A DNA stretch of 64,000 bases from assembly GCA_907165135.1 (NCBI GenBank), contig OU015568.1, positions 12,524,001 to 12,588,000 of the forward strand, in the 5' to 3' direction. This DNA comes from Oikopleura dioica. Lineage: Eukaryota > Animalia > Chordata. Position 1 is the first letter of the stretch, and every line of letters starts with the position of its first letter. Both the position numbers and the translations under genes were made by a program. The notes below the pieces were generated by a model that made no database searches, was not told where the DNA came from, and worked only from the letters and a program-made list of their open reading frames with translations. Shown here piece after piece: positions 13,155-27,302 of the stretch.

Positions 13155-16100
13155 TTAGTGGTCGAGTGACATGAGAAGGGCGGTTCCTCGCTTGACCCAG
13201 TGATCGGATGTGTGTTCTCCTGAAAAAAAATGTTAGAAAGATAGAAATCTCTTCTAAGAAAAAAGAGTCATTATATAATAAATTTACTGACCTGCTTTGA
13301 GATCAACAGCAACAACAAAGCTTGTCGATCTGACAGGATAGTAGAAAGTCGGGCAAGCAAACATTCCCTTCGCCGATTTCTTCTTTGCCTCTGTTGGTTT
13401 GAAGTGAATGACTGGCACTGGAGTCGTGAGTTGCATGGGAGCGGCTTCGATGAGTTGTGCACCCTTCATGTCCCAGCCTGCTCCTTCCAGGTAGAGACCC
13501 TTCACGTAAACACCGTCAGCTGGTGGATTTACAATGTTCGACTCGTCGACGTTGAAGACGGTGAATTCCCAGGAGAGTGAGTCTACGGGAATAGCACTCT
13601 GACGGGCGCTGTATTGAAGAACAGCTGTGAGGAATCCAGTCGGGAAGGTGAAACCAGACAGCCAGAAGATGTGCGGCTGCTTAGCGGACTCGGCCCACTT
13701 GGCGAATTGCTCGATTCTTTGAACAAGGTCACGGGTCCACGCGGCGAGGGGTTTCTTCGAAGAGTAAGCAAACTCCCACATGGGCGGAACTCTCGTTTCG
13801 TAAATGCAAGTGAATGCTTCTTCGAGCTCAGAGCTCATCACCACCAAACCCTTGATCGCATTGTTTAGATCCCTGAGCGAAGATTTAATGATTCCCAGCA
13901 AGCTGTTGTATCGCTGGATTTCTTGCAACAAAACGACGTTCAAAGGAGATGGATCGTCCTTGAGAATCTTCTGCGTTCCCTCGTAGTCGATCATTTCCGG
14001 AAGCTGATTGAGAACGTTGTTCGCCAATTCCATCACCTTATCTTCTCGTGATTGACCTCCAGCGGCAGCTGCGACCTTAGGCTGAAGAGAAATGAGGGTT
14101 TCGAACAAGGTTCTTGCTTCAGTAATTTGAGAGGCAATATCTGCATTAGGATGCTGGCCGAAAGCTTCAGGGTGGTCGGTGTTAGGGAGCATGTTGATGT
14201 ACTCGATGTAGGTGTTCAATGGGCCATCTTTGGGGATGACGTATTTGTCGAGAGCGGACAGCTTGAAGTAGTCTTTTTCGATCGCAGCATCTGTGAAATA
14301 GTCATAGATGTAGCTCTGCATGAGTCTTCGATCCCAATCGTCCGTAACGTGACCACCGTAGTTGACATCAGCGATCAAATATTTCAAAGCGTCCCATGGA
14401 GTGTTATCGTACTCATCCAGGTAGATAGATAAGAGATTTTCGGAGACTTCAAAGTCAGAATCGTTGAATCCGTAGATGATGTTCCAACCCAACATGAGGA
14501 ACTTCTTTCTCTCTAGAAGAACAGAGTGGAAGAAGCAAAGAGCGAAGAGAAGCTTTTTGTACTTGGATTGAGCCTGGCATCGCTCGAATTGAGTCGGAGA
14601 GATGTTTTGATACAATCGCTTCATGTTCGCCTTGAGACCCTTTGGAGGCTCAGTAGTCATCTTGATACCACTCTGAAGAACGGCGATGGGGAATTCTTTA
14701 TTCGGCGACGAAGAGAGCCAAAGCCGGAAATCAGGGTGAGGGTCTCCGTCAATGATCTGCTCGATAAGCTTGTCCATGGAAGGCATCCAGGAGAGGGACA
14801 AATGACAGTTAGCCAAGTAGACCCAGTTACCTTCTTTGACGCCTTCTTTGATCATTCTGGTGGCAATAGGCGCCTGACCTTGACCCAGTGAAAGCGCGTG
14901 GAATCTGTTCGACATTCCAGAGTTCTCAGCGAGGGACAGAAGAGAAGTAGTTGGATCGACTCCTGGAGAAAGGACAAAAATCAAAGGTGTCTTCGCGCTT
15001 GAATCAGCAAGAACAGCCTTCATATCAAGTACAGGCGGCTCCACGAATTTCGCTCCTAGATTGTTGATGATGAAGCTCATGGCACAGAAACTGACTCGAT
15101 CGGGTCGAAGTGATCTAACAATGATCATTTTCTGTAGCTCGTTACACTGAGCGTCCCATTCACCAGGAATTTCGATGGTCTCTGGTGTTGCGCTTACATA
15201 CCAAGTCTTCCAGTCACGTGGGTAATGCTCGAATGACGGCATAATTCCGTGGAAGTTCGTCAGTTTTTCGAGTTCTGTGATGTTATCCCACTGCTGTTCT
15301 GGGAGCCAGGAAGCACAAGGATTGTCCATTTGTCCCTCTCGATCGAGGACGATACCGCCTCGAAGGAAGAAGTTGTATTCTTCCATGTTGAGTTTTCCGG
15401 CGGCTTCCATGATCTTCGCGCACATTTGGAATGAGAACAGCATTTTGTGTTTTTCGAAAAGACCTCGACAGGTGTATCTGTAGACCGCGTAGGTATGGTA
15501 CTCGTTCAAATTGTTGATTCTGTTTTCCACTTTCGGTGATTTTGGCGACTTGTCGATGGATAAGTTGAAGAGATTGATGTAGGCATCCAAAGAAAACTGG
15601 TACATAGGATCGATGGAGGACATATCGTTGAGAACAAAGAAGAGGATAGAGGCTCTCTTGGCACTTGGGCGATAGCCTTCTCGAGCAGCATCAATTTTAA
15701 TCTCAGTCGCTTCCGCATCTTCGAGCTGCTGGGTGACTTCATTGGACGTAACTTTCGACTCTTGAAGAGTATCGACCAGTTGGACGTCATCAAGAAGAGA
15801 ACCTTGAGCGTTGTTAAGGAGTCGGAGAATTTCGTCTTCAAGATCTTGAAGTTTTTGTTTTCCATGAGCAATGTTGACAACGAGCGAGTCCTTTTGCTCT
15901 TCCAGATCGGGACGTTCTTTTCGGACAACAGCACCAAGAAGCTGAGATTCTAAACCTTGCTCCTTGACAGCAAAGTTGATGATGCTGACTTTAGTTGAAA
16001 TCTCGGGAGGATAGTGAGGGTTCGACAATTTCGTAGTGATGTAAAATCGGAAATCAGGATTCCACTCGATTTCTTTGTCACCGAGTTTGAGTACCAGTCG

Positions 16101-19100
16101 ACCACCTTGCTTGGAATAGGCTTTTCCGAGAACAGGGCTGAGAGAAGGATCAAGCGTTTCTTGAATATTTTGCAGAAGAACAGGAGTACCGAATTGAATT
16201 GCGTTTTCAAGAGTTCGCAAGAAATCGCTTTGCTGCAAATCGATGATTTTCAGACCCTTCTTCGTTTCCATATTCTTGACCCACTTGATGGCTTGACCTT
16301 GAGGATCAACCATGAGAGGCCATCGTTTACCAGTTGTCACGATGACACCGTTTTCGGTACTGAAAGCGTCGGATGGAAGACCATTGAGATTCCAGTCTCG
16401 GACAGTGGTTGGCTTCGAGAGGAAATTAGCGAAAGAGAACTTTGGTGAGCAAGGGATGTTTCGTTCTTTGATCTGTTTGATCCAGATCTGCTCGACCATC
16501 TCGTCTCTGTAATTCGACAGGAACGGACCCATGTAAGACAAGAAAGCAGCCGCGATGAGGCAATCACCAGGAAGATAAGCAATAGATTCCTCCAATCTTT
16601 CTGCGGATGCAGTCCATCGAACCTTTTCGCCAGCAAGACCATCGACAAGCATACCAGCTCGGTGGAGTTTCTCCTCGGTGAGTTTTGCTTCTTTCTCGAG
16701 TCGCATCTTTTCGGCGAGTTTTTCTTCGTATTGCTTTTTGAGATTGTCCATCAAGTCATTGACGGCCTGGAGTTTAGCCTCGGCATCAGCAAGAATGGCT
16801 TGTTTCTCAGCTAAAAGAGTTGTAGCCTCGTTGAGTCTCTTTCGCTTTGGCTCGATGACTCGGAAGATTCGACCATAGACTTCCATGGCACGGACCCACA
16901 TACAGAGAGATTTGGCGGCGCTAGAGACTTTACCGACGATGTCCGGTTGGAATTCGGAGTTGGCGCAGTATTGGCCGATTTTTTTGAGAGTTTTGTCACT
17001 CATGTTGTCCTTGTCGAAGTTGATCAGTTGCTGAATAAAATCACCTTGACCCAGATGACGTTTAGCTTCGGCCCAGCTGGGCTCAGCTTGTCGGAGAATC
17101 ATGACAGCCTGAAGGACGGTATCGACCAGTGGTGGCGGCTTACTGTATGATTTGATTTCAGTGATATCCTTTTTGTTCAAACTTTCGAGGGCTTTGACGG
17201 CGGCTTCTAGAGCTGGCGTGGCTTCGTCCAAATCTCGCTGGGCGTTGTCTGCAATTGCTTTACATTTTATTTCCTCTTGAGAAATTTTTTCTCGCGTTGC
17301 GGAAACCTGTTTTTGCTGCTCGTCAGCTGATTTCTTTTGCTGGACCAAGGTGACGAGATACTCCTCACACTGCTTCTTGAATTCAGCGACTTTTACTTTC
17401 GCGATTTCAAGCTCTGCAGACATTTTCTCGACCTTGTCACGTGTGTCGTCAATTTTGAACAGACCATTTCTGAGCTTCTTGACTTGGGAGCCGATTTCTT
17501 CACGTTTTTCAGCAAGTAGAACTTTGTATCCGCTGACCAACTCGAGATAGTTGGTTGGTGTCACATAATTATGACGCTTTAGTTCTTCCAGCATTCTTTT
17601 TGATGCATTTGAAACGGATTTGTGCATAATCATAAACATAATTGCTGCTTCTTTTCGAATCTCATCGCCACCAAGATCAACTCCTTCAAGATATCGCTCG
17701 GCGACTTCCAAAAGAGCATCTTTAGGCCATTCAGTGAACCAGTCAATCGTTGTGCAGTTCACGAATGCTGGATACTGTCGGATTCGATTTCGGAAAGCAT
17801 CACCGATCGGCGAAGCGCAAAGAATGACATGCAGGTTGTTTCTGACTCGTTCGATGAAGAACTTGAAAATCTCCTGCGAAGTTTCCGGAATTCCAGCTTT
17901 CTTCGCCTCAGGGCCTAGGGCGCCAACTACTTCCTCCATATCTTCAGGTCGGTAGAGATTTGGAACTTGGCCCGACGAGAGAATGTTGTTGATGTCTTCC
18001 ATGAAGCTTTCCTCAACGACTTGAGTGTCGGTGAAAAGGAAACAGGTTGGCTTATTCTCAACACCAGCTTGGAAGTAAAGACGCTTGAGATCTTCGTGGA
18101 ACTCATTTGATCGGTAATGTTTAGACACTTCGATCTGGAAAGTTTTGAATTCACAGATGTAGGCGGCTAGACGAGCGAGAGATTGTCGACCGGAACCACC
18201 AATACCGACGAGGAACATGTTTCCTCTTGGTTGGCGGATAACTCGAATTATTCTGCAGACATGCTCAATCGCATCGCGGAAAAGAACGATGTCCATAGAG
18301 ACGACGCCGGGAGATAAATTGTAATCCTCGAGTTGTTCTTCCATGTACGCTTTCAGCTTTGAAATTTCTTCAAAATCTTCAAAAACGCCGTTCGGATTCA
18401 TGAAATCACAGAAAACGGGCACCGTCTTGCTCGGACAGATGGCATGGAAAGTCGTGTCGAAGAGAGAACCAAGCTTTGTGTTGACAAGTTGATGGAACGC
18501 TTCGGAATCTTTTTCGTTATTGAGACGATCGGAGAAAACACGGTAGATCTCATGGATCCAGAGACGGATCATAGCTGTACTCGTGTCGTGGTAGTCTTTG
18601 TTCGCTCGAAGAAGACCTTGGAAGACTTTGGAGATATCTCGCAAGTTGAAAAGATAGTGGATTTTTGCTGGCGTTGGAAGGAATCGCTCGATGACAGATT
18701 GGTAAACTTCCAAGGTAGCCTTCGTGATGGTGAGTCCGATCGGCTTGACGGATTCGTCGAAGCTTTGGAGTTTTTGATTAATCATCGTTCCGAAGATTCG
18801 GGTGATCTGCTCATCAGATGGAAAGGTCATGTTGATGAGGTTGAATCGACTCTGGGTACGGTCGGAAATTTCTGATCTTCCACCACCGGGGTCCCATAGC
18901 GCCGAGAATGAACATTCCTCGAATTTCTCGCTGAACTTGCTTCTCTCGATCGTACCAGAAACTGTAATCCATCCATTGTCGCAACAATTCAAGGGGTGGC
19001 TGCGAGCCGAAAGTGTCTTTCGCGGGCATGTTCAAATCGTCAAGGAAGCAGATGAGGTTTTTACCGCCAACTGGGACGTAAACGCCTTTAGTTCGCTTTT

Positions 19101-22100
19101 CAACCTTGGCTTCAATGATGTCTTGGACATTGTTGGATGTTGTCTGGGCGGACATGTTGATCGTCAATTGATTGAAATCGGCGGAAACACTGTCGAGGAC
19201 GGTTTCTGCAATCGACGTTTTTCCTGTACCAACTGGGCCAGTGAGGAGAACAGGGTTCTTATTCTTTAGGAGACTTGAGACAATCAGATTATATCGAACA
19301 GTATCGACAGTTGGAACAATGATCTTATAGAAAGGAGCAGAGGAAGAGTATCGCCATGATTTTTCAAGCTTTTCTTCAAAGTTCTGCCAAGTGTACTGTT
19401 TTCCATCAACCCAGTATTCGTAGATTGAGTCTTTGTTCGGGAAGGTTCCATCCAATTCTCGGAGGAAAGTGTCCACTTGCTTTCGACTTTCTTCTGTCAA
19501 ACCAGCAGCTACTGACCAAATAAGTGAGAAAACGAACCAATACTGAAGCATCGTAGGGAAGTTCTCAGCATCGTTGACGTCGACGCCATTTTCTTGGTTG
19601 GCAAAAGTGTCGAAAAGACGAGTCAGGGATTGAATAGAGTTGACTTCGTTCACTTTGACGAGTTCCTTGCAGTTTCGGTGCTTGAATTCGAGAAGAGGGC
19701 CAATGTATTTTGTGCAAAGATCCGCTAGAATCGGCTGGAACTCTTTTGGTTTTGTGCTCAGCCAGGATTTCAAGAAAGGTTCGTATCCCAAGTCGGCGCT
19801 ATCAAAGTAAACCATACCACATCGAGAAACTGTAGCTGGAGAGGCAACAGCGAGAGAGGATAATTCGAAGAGAAGAGAAACTTGCTCGGGCATCGAGATA
19901 CGTTCACCATTAATCAGCGTGAGGACTTTATTGTCGTCCATGACAGAGTTCATAGATTCAATCCAAAGTGTGTCGACTGGACCGTCAAAGATCAGCCATT
20001 TTTGATCAGGTCGATCATCAGAACACGCTTTTCGCATGAGCGCGGAGAGGACACCATCAGCCCATTCATTTGTAGCCAAGTCAAATTCACCATAGAGCTC
20101 ACCCAAGGACAGAGATTTGGGATTGATAGGGTACTCGATAACATTCTCGAAACCTTCTGCTCCAGTTTTCGACATGGAACTCAGCGCGTTTTGCAAGCAT
20201 TTCCAAGTCGTTGTCTTTCCAGATTGAGTGGCACCGACAATCATAGTCGAGTGACGAGAATTCTTCGTTTCGTAAAGCTGGATGACCTTGCCAACGGCAT
20301 TCGCAGAAACCTGCATGTTCATCTTTTTGAGCTCTTCCTCGATCTGGACCTTGAACTGGCCATAGTCGAGTGTTGGTAAATCGACACCGGGGAAGAGATC
20401 GTTTGTGATTGCATTGAAAAGTGGCAAATCTGTGGAGGTGAGTTTTGCTACGTTCATGTCTCTCATAGCGAGAAGGAGGACTTCATCGTCGTTCATCTTT
20501 GGATTCGCTCGTTTCTTTTTACCAGCGTACCGAAGAAGAGCGGCCATAGAACGCAAACCGAAATCGTAGTGATCTTGTTTCGAAAGCTGTTTGACGGCCA
20601 AGGAGTAGAGGACATCGACCTTCTTAGCAAGACCTCGAGCGTTGTCAAAACCTTCTCCAGTGAGAATAATATCCGCGATCAAAGCAGTATCAGGAACAAC
20701 CATGGAAATAGGTCGGAACATTGACTTGAGATTGTCTGGCAATTCAGTTCGGCCAGCATAACCGGGGTTCATAGTGATGAAGATACCACAAGACCAGACC
20801 AAGTTGATCTCCCGACCTTCGAAAATAAATCGTTTCTGGCCAGCAGAGAGAGCTGATAGAATGGAGAGAATCTGCTGCGCAACGACAGACAGGACTTCAA
20901 TGTTGATTCGATTAAACTCATCGAAGCATCCCCAGGCGCCAGTTTGCGAAAGACCTGAGTACATTCGACCCATGCTCTTGAAATCGAGACCTTCGGAACA
21001 GTTAATGACGATGACGTACATTCCAAGTGCTTTTCCAAGATCCTTTGTGGTTTCAGTTTTACCAGTACCGGCAGGACCTTTTGGCGATCCACCTCGATGA
21101 AGATGAAGCGCAGTTGTAAGTGTGATGTAACATCGATCAGTAAGTGGAGTGATAGCAAGTCGACCAGAGTTGCCGAGGTATTCGTAGCCGTACTGGAACT
21201 GAGTGTTGGTCTGTCGAACGATGCAATCATCGATCTTTCTGTCCCAGTAAAGACGAAGTTGCTGGAGCCAAGCGAAGGAGTTTTCATCGAAATCGCCCTT
21301 TTTGATGAGAAGTTCAATGACATCCCGAGCGTGCACTTCGATCGTGACCAGGGCAACGATCTTAGCTCGCTGATTCTTGTTCAAAGAACCTCGAACAGAC
21401 TCGACGTATTTTTTGAGGAAGGCGATTTGTTTTTTCTTCACTGATTTCATTGGTTTTTTGTCCTGGCGTTCTTTAGCTTGCATGAGACCTTTTTCGACAG
21501 AAGTTGTCCACTGCATCTGAGATGCTGTGATTGTCATTTGACCAGGCCATTCTTTCACCCATTTTTCTCGCTTTGTAATCATTTTCTTCAAAGAAATCTT
21601 GCAGTTCTTGAGAATTTCTCGAAGAGTCCATCGCATAGTTCTCTCAACATCGCAAAGCCAGGCTTCGACTGGGCCTTCGAGAAGTACGGGTGATCCGAAC
21701 GGCACAATTTCTCCTTCGGAAGATTCCATGCCAACAGCCTCGAGTTTGTTGATCGCTCCGGCGACTGGTTTCATTTGGAGGGCCTTGATGTTATCAAAGC
21801 ACTTGTTCATATGAGGCTGAACCGCTGGTGGATTCTTAGACTGACCCAGAATCTCCAAAAGATCGTCATTGGACAAGAAGTAGAATCGTGGGAAGATCTG
21901 TCGTTTTGTTTCAAGATACATGTCAAGTGATTTCTGAATTTCCTCAAGTTTTGTATTCATCGCCGTGAGTTTTTCCAGAAGTCCTTCTTTGTGCGTTCCC
22001 CGTCGAGCGTTCTTATCGCCATTTAGAGTGGTCATAAGCGTCTTCCAATCAACATTAATTATGTCGAATTCAGCGGATTCCTTTGGCAGCTGCTTTCGAA

Positions 22101-25100
22101 TATCTTCGCCAAGAAAGATGTTTTCCAAGTACATCCACTGTCGCTGGACTTGAAGGATCATTTCGATCGTTTCCATAATGTGAGACAGAGCTCGTTCCCA
22201 GTAATCAACAGTCTTTTCGAATGCTTTGACGAATCGAGAGGCTTTCATTGTCGCAAGAGTAACTTGGTTGTCTTCTAGCTGAGTGAAAATCTCATCAGGT
22301 GCTTTGAGAATAAAGTGTCCGCGATCTTTGTAGGGACCAACTTCCAGCTCAATGGTTGACCAAGCAGTTTCGAGATCAGCCAAAGCTTGCTCGATTGCCA
22401 ATTCTTTGGAAGCAGCGCCTGAGACTTCCGAGACTTTATCGACGTGTTGATCGAGTTTGAGCTCGATGATCTTGTCGAGAGTAAAGTCGTCGGTTTCGTG
22501 GTCAAAGGGTGTACCAATGTCTTCCTTGATTTCAAGCCAATGTCGATCGCGCATGGCCGGATTTTTGAGATCAGTGACGAGAGGCATCGTTCGCTGGAAT
22601 CGGACGATTGTGTCTTTTGTTGACTTGACGATAGTCCAGTTGTCCTTATCTTTAGCTTCCCGCTGTCGCTTTGAAATGTCTTTGAAGCAAACAGCGGCTT
22701 TTTGCTCGAGAGTATCGGGGACGATATCAGCAAACTTCGTGACTTTCCATTCGTTCCAAAGAGTATCCCAGTTCTCAGCAATTTTCCAGATCGTTTCAAG
22801 GAGTTGAAGCTCTTCTTCGAGTTCAGTGAGCTCTTTATTCTCACTTTGGTCGATTTTGAAGATCGAAAGACCTCTTCGAATGGATTTTTCTTTCTTGCGA
22901 AGGGTAGCGCAGTTTTCGAAGTACTGAGCGATAGCTGCAAGCGCGTCAGTTGGAGCGATATTGGCCCCAAACGGTCCTTCTCGGATGTACTCGTCGCGCG
23001 TATTCGCCACGGTCTTTTTGAATTCGTCGGCATTGGAGAGCAAGTTGCTCTTGAACTTATCCTTTGATTTTTTGATCATTTCCTCCGCTTCGTTAACAGA
23101 AGCCGCGTATTTATTGTATCCATCTTGCATCGTGTCGAGCAAGTCAAGTGTTTCTGTTGGTACTGTGACTTCATACTTTTCCAAAATCAGGAAATGCTCC
23201 CGGATGACGGGCAATTCGCGGTTCTTCTCTTCTAGAGACGCCTTGAGATCTTCCCAGAGTTCAATTCTGTCAGACAGTTGATCCAAATCTTCTGGTGGAG
23301 TAGTGACAGCGGCACCGTTTTCTTCCATGAAGTTCATGATAGAAGTAAGTCGCTTTGTAGCGCGGCGGGAGAGAAGACCCGTAAACTTATCCAGCCATTC
23401 TTGACAATGGCGCGAGATGGACAACTTGATTGGATTGGAATCGAGAAGCACGAAGTTAATCATAACGATCGCTTCTTCTTTCTGGACATTGTTCTGAGTT
23501 TCAGGGTATCGAGCAAGATCAGCGTCAAATGATGAAATGTCCTTGTTCATCGTATCGTATTTCTCGATGAAAGCATCTTTGTTGATGCTCCAGAATTCCA
23601 TGTAGTTTTGATTCCACATTGTTGACCATTCCTTGACTTGATCGTTGTTTCGCTCGATGCCTTCCAAAATAAGCTTTCGCACTTTTTTCGTCTCCTCGTC
23701 ATCGTCAATAACTTCCGCGATCGATCGAGTTTGCGGTGCATTTTTCGTCAAGATTTGGGGCAATCTACGGATTCCACGGAAAGCTGAGGTCAGTTTATAC
23801 ATCGTCGTGCTGATCACATCCTGAAGCTTTTCGAGGCGAGGGGAGAACTGTACTTCGTAAAAGTTTTTGTTCTTATGGCGCTTTTTGGTTGGATCAGGTT
23901 TCTTTTCTTCGAGAATAACGTTGATTCTGAAGAGAGGATTCGGTGCTGATTTTCCGTCGCCGTTGATCGCCTTGAAGATCTCGTGAAGACTGTATTTAAC
24001 GTTGATTCTGTAAGCATCTTCCATGTACTGGTCGATTCTTTCCGTGTATTTGACCCAGTGCCTGTAAACATCGGCGTTGCCGGTCCAGTCCCGCTTGAAC
24101 ATGTTGTACTGGTTGCTCATCTCGTTCACAATATCCGAATAATAGAACTGCAGCCGCTTACTGACTTCATCTTTATGATCGAGCTGGTCTTCGTAAAAGT
24201 CCAGTTCTTCGTAAACCTCTTTGTTGTTGATTTTGACGAGAAGGTCTTCAGAAATGGCTCGACACTTTTTGGCGATTTGTTGATTTCCGCTCTTGTAGCC
24301 AGTGACGATCTGCATAACTTTCGATGCGTGTGCTCGGCAATCGGTAATGTAGTACTCTGATCCAGTTCCGTTGGACCAGTTGAGCTTGCTCAGACCTGGT
24401 TGGACCTTTTTGTCGAGTACTTTGATTCGTTCTTTGAAGAGGCCGATTTCGTCTTCGTCGAGATCCTGGATGATTCTATTATAATCGCGAACAACGAGGA
24501 GTACATTTTCTCTTAAGCTTCTCAACTCGTCTCTTCTCTGGTAAACATCAGCCGCGTAGTGGGGAATTTCGAACATCAAAATCTCCCAGAACTGAATCTC
24601 CGAGAACAATTTCAGCAAGTACGGGTCGAAATTCATGTCAAGGAGATTTTTCTGCAGCTCTGATCGCGCCATCAGTGGACTCTCAAGTTTTTTGTACGAA
24701 TCACGATCGACCGTAATTGCCCACTCGTTGAAGACTTTACGGATAAATTCATCTAGCGCAGTCGTTAGCTGGTTATAGCTCGCCTTGATTTCTTCGCCAG
24801 AGCCAGTTTTGACCAACCATCTCGCATCGTCAATGACTTTGAATGATCTATCGATTCTGCGGCGAAGGAGGCGAGCTTGATAAGCTTGGCCAGCGTGCTG
24901 AGGCAAATCGTAAAACGCCTTGCTTGAGCGCTTCGACCAGAGCTCTTTCTTGACAGCATTCAGTTCTTCGCTGAGAATGAGCATTACATCTACGGTTTTC
25001 TTATCAATCGTACGTTTAATCGCCTCTCGACTTTTGAAGTGTCCAAAAACCTTGAGCAGCATAACTCCATCGTCCACCGACTTCACTGTATCGAACGCGG

Positions 25101-26749
25101 AGGTGATCAAATTCTGGACCATGACTTCCAACTCTTTTACGGCAGTTCGGAAACGCGTGAAAACTTCGTGCCAGGAGGTGTTCTTGACGTCGAGAATGGC
25201 GTTTTCTGCTTTCATCAAGTTGTGAAGATTCTTTCGGAAAGTTTCTTCAATTTCTAACAGGGATCTTGTGACTTCTGGGCCTCGCTGGCCACCAAGAACA
25301 GGCATTCGTGTCTTTTCGCCGTCTTCCCATCGAGCAAAATGAATCTGACAGTTGCAGACTTCGATCAAATCCTTGCATCGCTGGACAAAAGCGTCGATTT
25401 GCGCGAAAATCGAAGACTGATCTAGAACCCATCCCTGACTGGAGTACTTGTGCTGACTAAGCGCGGTTTTTCGATAGATTCTCTTCCACTTGTTGCAGCA
25501 TTCGATGCATTCGATCAAATTGCGAATGGATGACTTGACTCGCCCGTCGAAAATCGCATCCAAACTGATGCTCTTGCAGCAGATGCGGATAATTTCGTTA
25601 CTGAGTTTTCTGAAGAGGGAGGTGAGCCGCTCACGGGTGTTGTAGTGCGGCGAATTCGTCCAGATGATACGGATCATTCGGATTATTGTCGTAAGTTGAG
25701 CGGGAACATCTTTTGGGTGACTGATTCCAAGTTTTGTGCAGGGCTCTTTGAGCAACATCAGGAATTTCAAGTTAGACTGAGCTTGCGCGGAGCCATCTTT
25801 TCAATGGATAATAAAACTTCTATCGCTAAGTTTTAGCAGAAAATCTTTAAAATCCATTCCTTGAATAAGTTTCGATAATTTATCGAATTGATTGACGTAA
25901 CTCAATTTCGCCACGGACAAAATCTTCTGGACTCGTTTCACGCCCTCCAAATCAAGTTGCTTCGAGAGTCCGGATAAATCTTTGCAGCGGTTATTCCAAA
26001 ACTCGATTTCGTCCAGAGGACCGGCGTTTTCGTTAGTTTCTACTGCTTCTTGCGCACTAAGGACTTCCTTGATCTGTCGAGTCCACTGAATCATCGTGGC
26101 TTCCAGTCTTCCAACAAGTTCCTATAAAAAATTTGAGGATAAAGTGATCCATGGTGAAAATTTACCTTGTCTTTGATTGCTTCGTTATAATCAGCTGGGC
26201 ATTTCTTTTCTTCCGGAATGTATAAGACTGTCTTTCCATCCATTTTATGTCTGACATCGGTAAGACTGGCCAAGAATCGGTGCATTCTAGCGCTGAAATC
26301 GTTTGATATCGTTTCTGGCAGAGATGTTGTTTCCAAGAAAATCGGTGCGTAGACACCATGCATTAATCTAAAAGAGAAAATGACTTTTTTGAAAATTTTT
26401 GAGAATTTTACCTGAGAAGTGATTCAACGGCAGATTGGCCGACAATAGATCCGGTCTGAACCTCCGTGTAGAAGTTTTCAAACGTCACCTCTGTTTCTGG
26501 CTTTTTGATCATGTAAATGAACTCGCGGCTGTCAAAGTTTGGTGGAACCCGATTGAGCATTTGAATCTCTTCATCTTTGTCGAGGAAAATGAGCATCAGC
26601 GGCTCTTCTCCTTTACAGTAATCTTCGACGGCTTTGGAATGCTGCTCTTCGGTCCATTTTTCGATGGGCCAGCCGGAAATTTCCACCGAGTTGCGGAAGA
26701 TGTCCACAACATTCTCCGGCGGGGCTACCGAGAGCTCGATCTCGCTCAT
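13155..26749 (-). CDS. DNAH2: Axonemal dynein heavy chain 2 (inner-arm f/I1 beta type), about 4450 aa; one frameshift at about 18890
   Basis: Exons 26749-26412, 26369-26166, 26121-25861, 25796-13292 and 13219-13155. P-loops GPAGTGKT, GATQSGKT, GPVGTGKT and GIGGSGRQ; stalk/MTBD present; DNAH2-type segments QDGSAQAQSNLKFL and C-terminal DHWVKRGTALLMSLD. Confidence 0.92.
25797..25860 (-). other. Non-canonical GA-AG intron in DNAH2 (64 nt)
   Basis: Splicing CAAG|GAATGG...TTGAAAAG|ATGGC restores the conserved KLIQ-D-GSAQAQSN. An in-frame TGA forces the last AG as acceptor. GT alternatives either delete conserved residues or give a 21-nt intron. Confidence 0.85.
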
Positions 26750-27302
26750 CTAAATCCCTTTTGTGAACTTCCGTTAATGCAAAACAACCCCAAAATAATT
26801 GAAAAGCCATAAAAATCTAAAAATTACCTTGTTTTCGCCGGTGCAAAATTAGAACTGACAAAATTCCGAAAAATGAAAAACAATCAGAGCTGTTCTAGAA
26901 ACTCCTCCAGAACATTTTTCTCTATTTTCACTTACCGATAAGATCAGAAGCTCTTGATGCTGTAAAAATCTCTTTTAGCTGGTTGAAATAATGATCCCTG
27001 CTCTTTGCTTTTGTATGTGGACTGGGAGCGTTGCTTGGAAACGAAAATTTCTCTTTAGATGGGCATTTTTTCGAGATTGGAGCCACTTGAGGACGCTTTT
27101 TGATGTAAAATAGATTGAGAGGCCGGAAAGAATCCAGAAAAATGGATATTTTTCTTTTTTTCTTGACGGCCAACTCTCTAGATTCGAGTAACTCTCTAGA
27201 TTCGCTGCCCGGCCTTCTTAAAACTCAGCAATTTATCTGTCACTCACTCACTTCGAGTCAATGTCAAAGAAAACCACGTTCACTTGAGATATATTTTTCA
27301 CG

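Noticed and set aside
18814-18992. Two overlapping giant ORFs read as separate genes or programmed frameshifting
   Set aside because: The break is in an invariant motif at a homopolymer, with no slippery heptamer seen. An assembly error is more parsimonious.
13583-25836. Dozens of 60-250 aa ORFs overlapping DNAH2
   Set aside because: Antisense or alternate-frame shadows of a long stop-poor coding exon.
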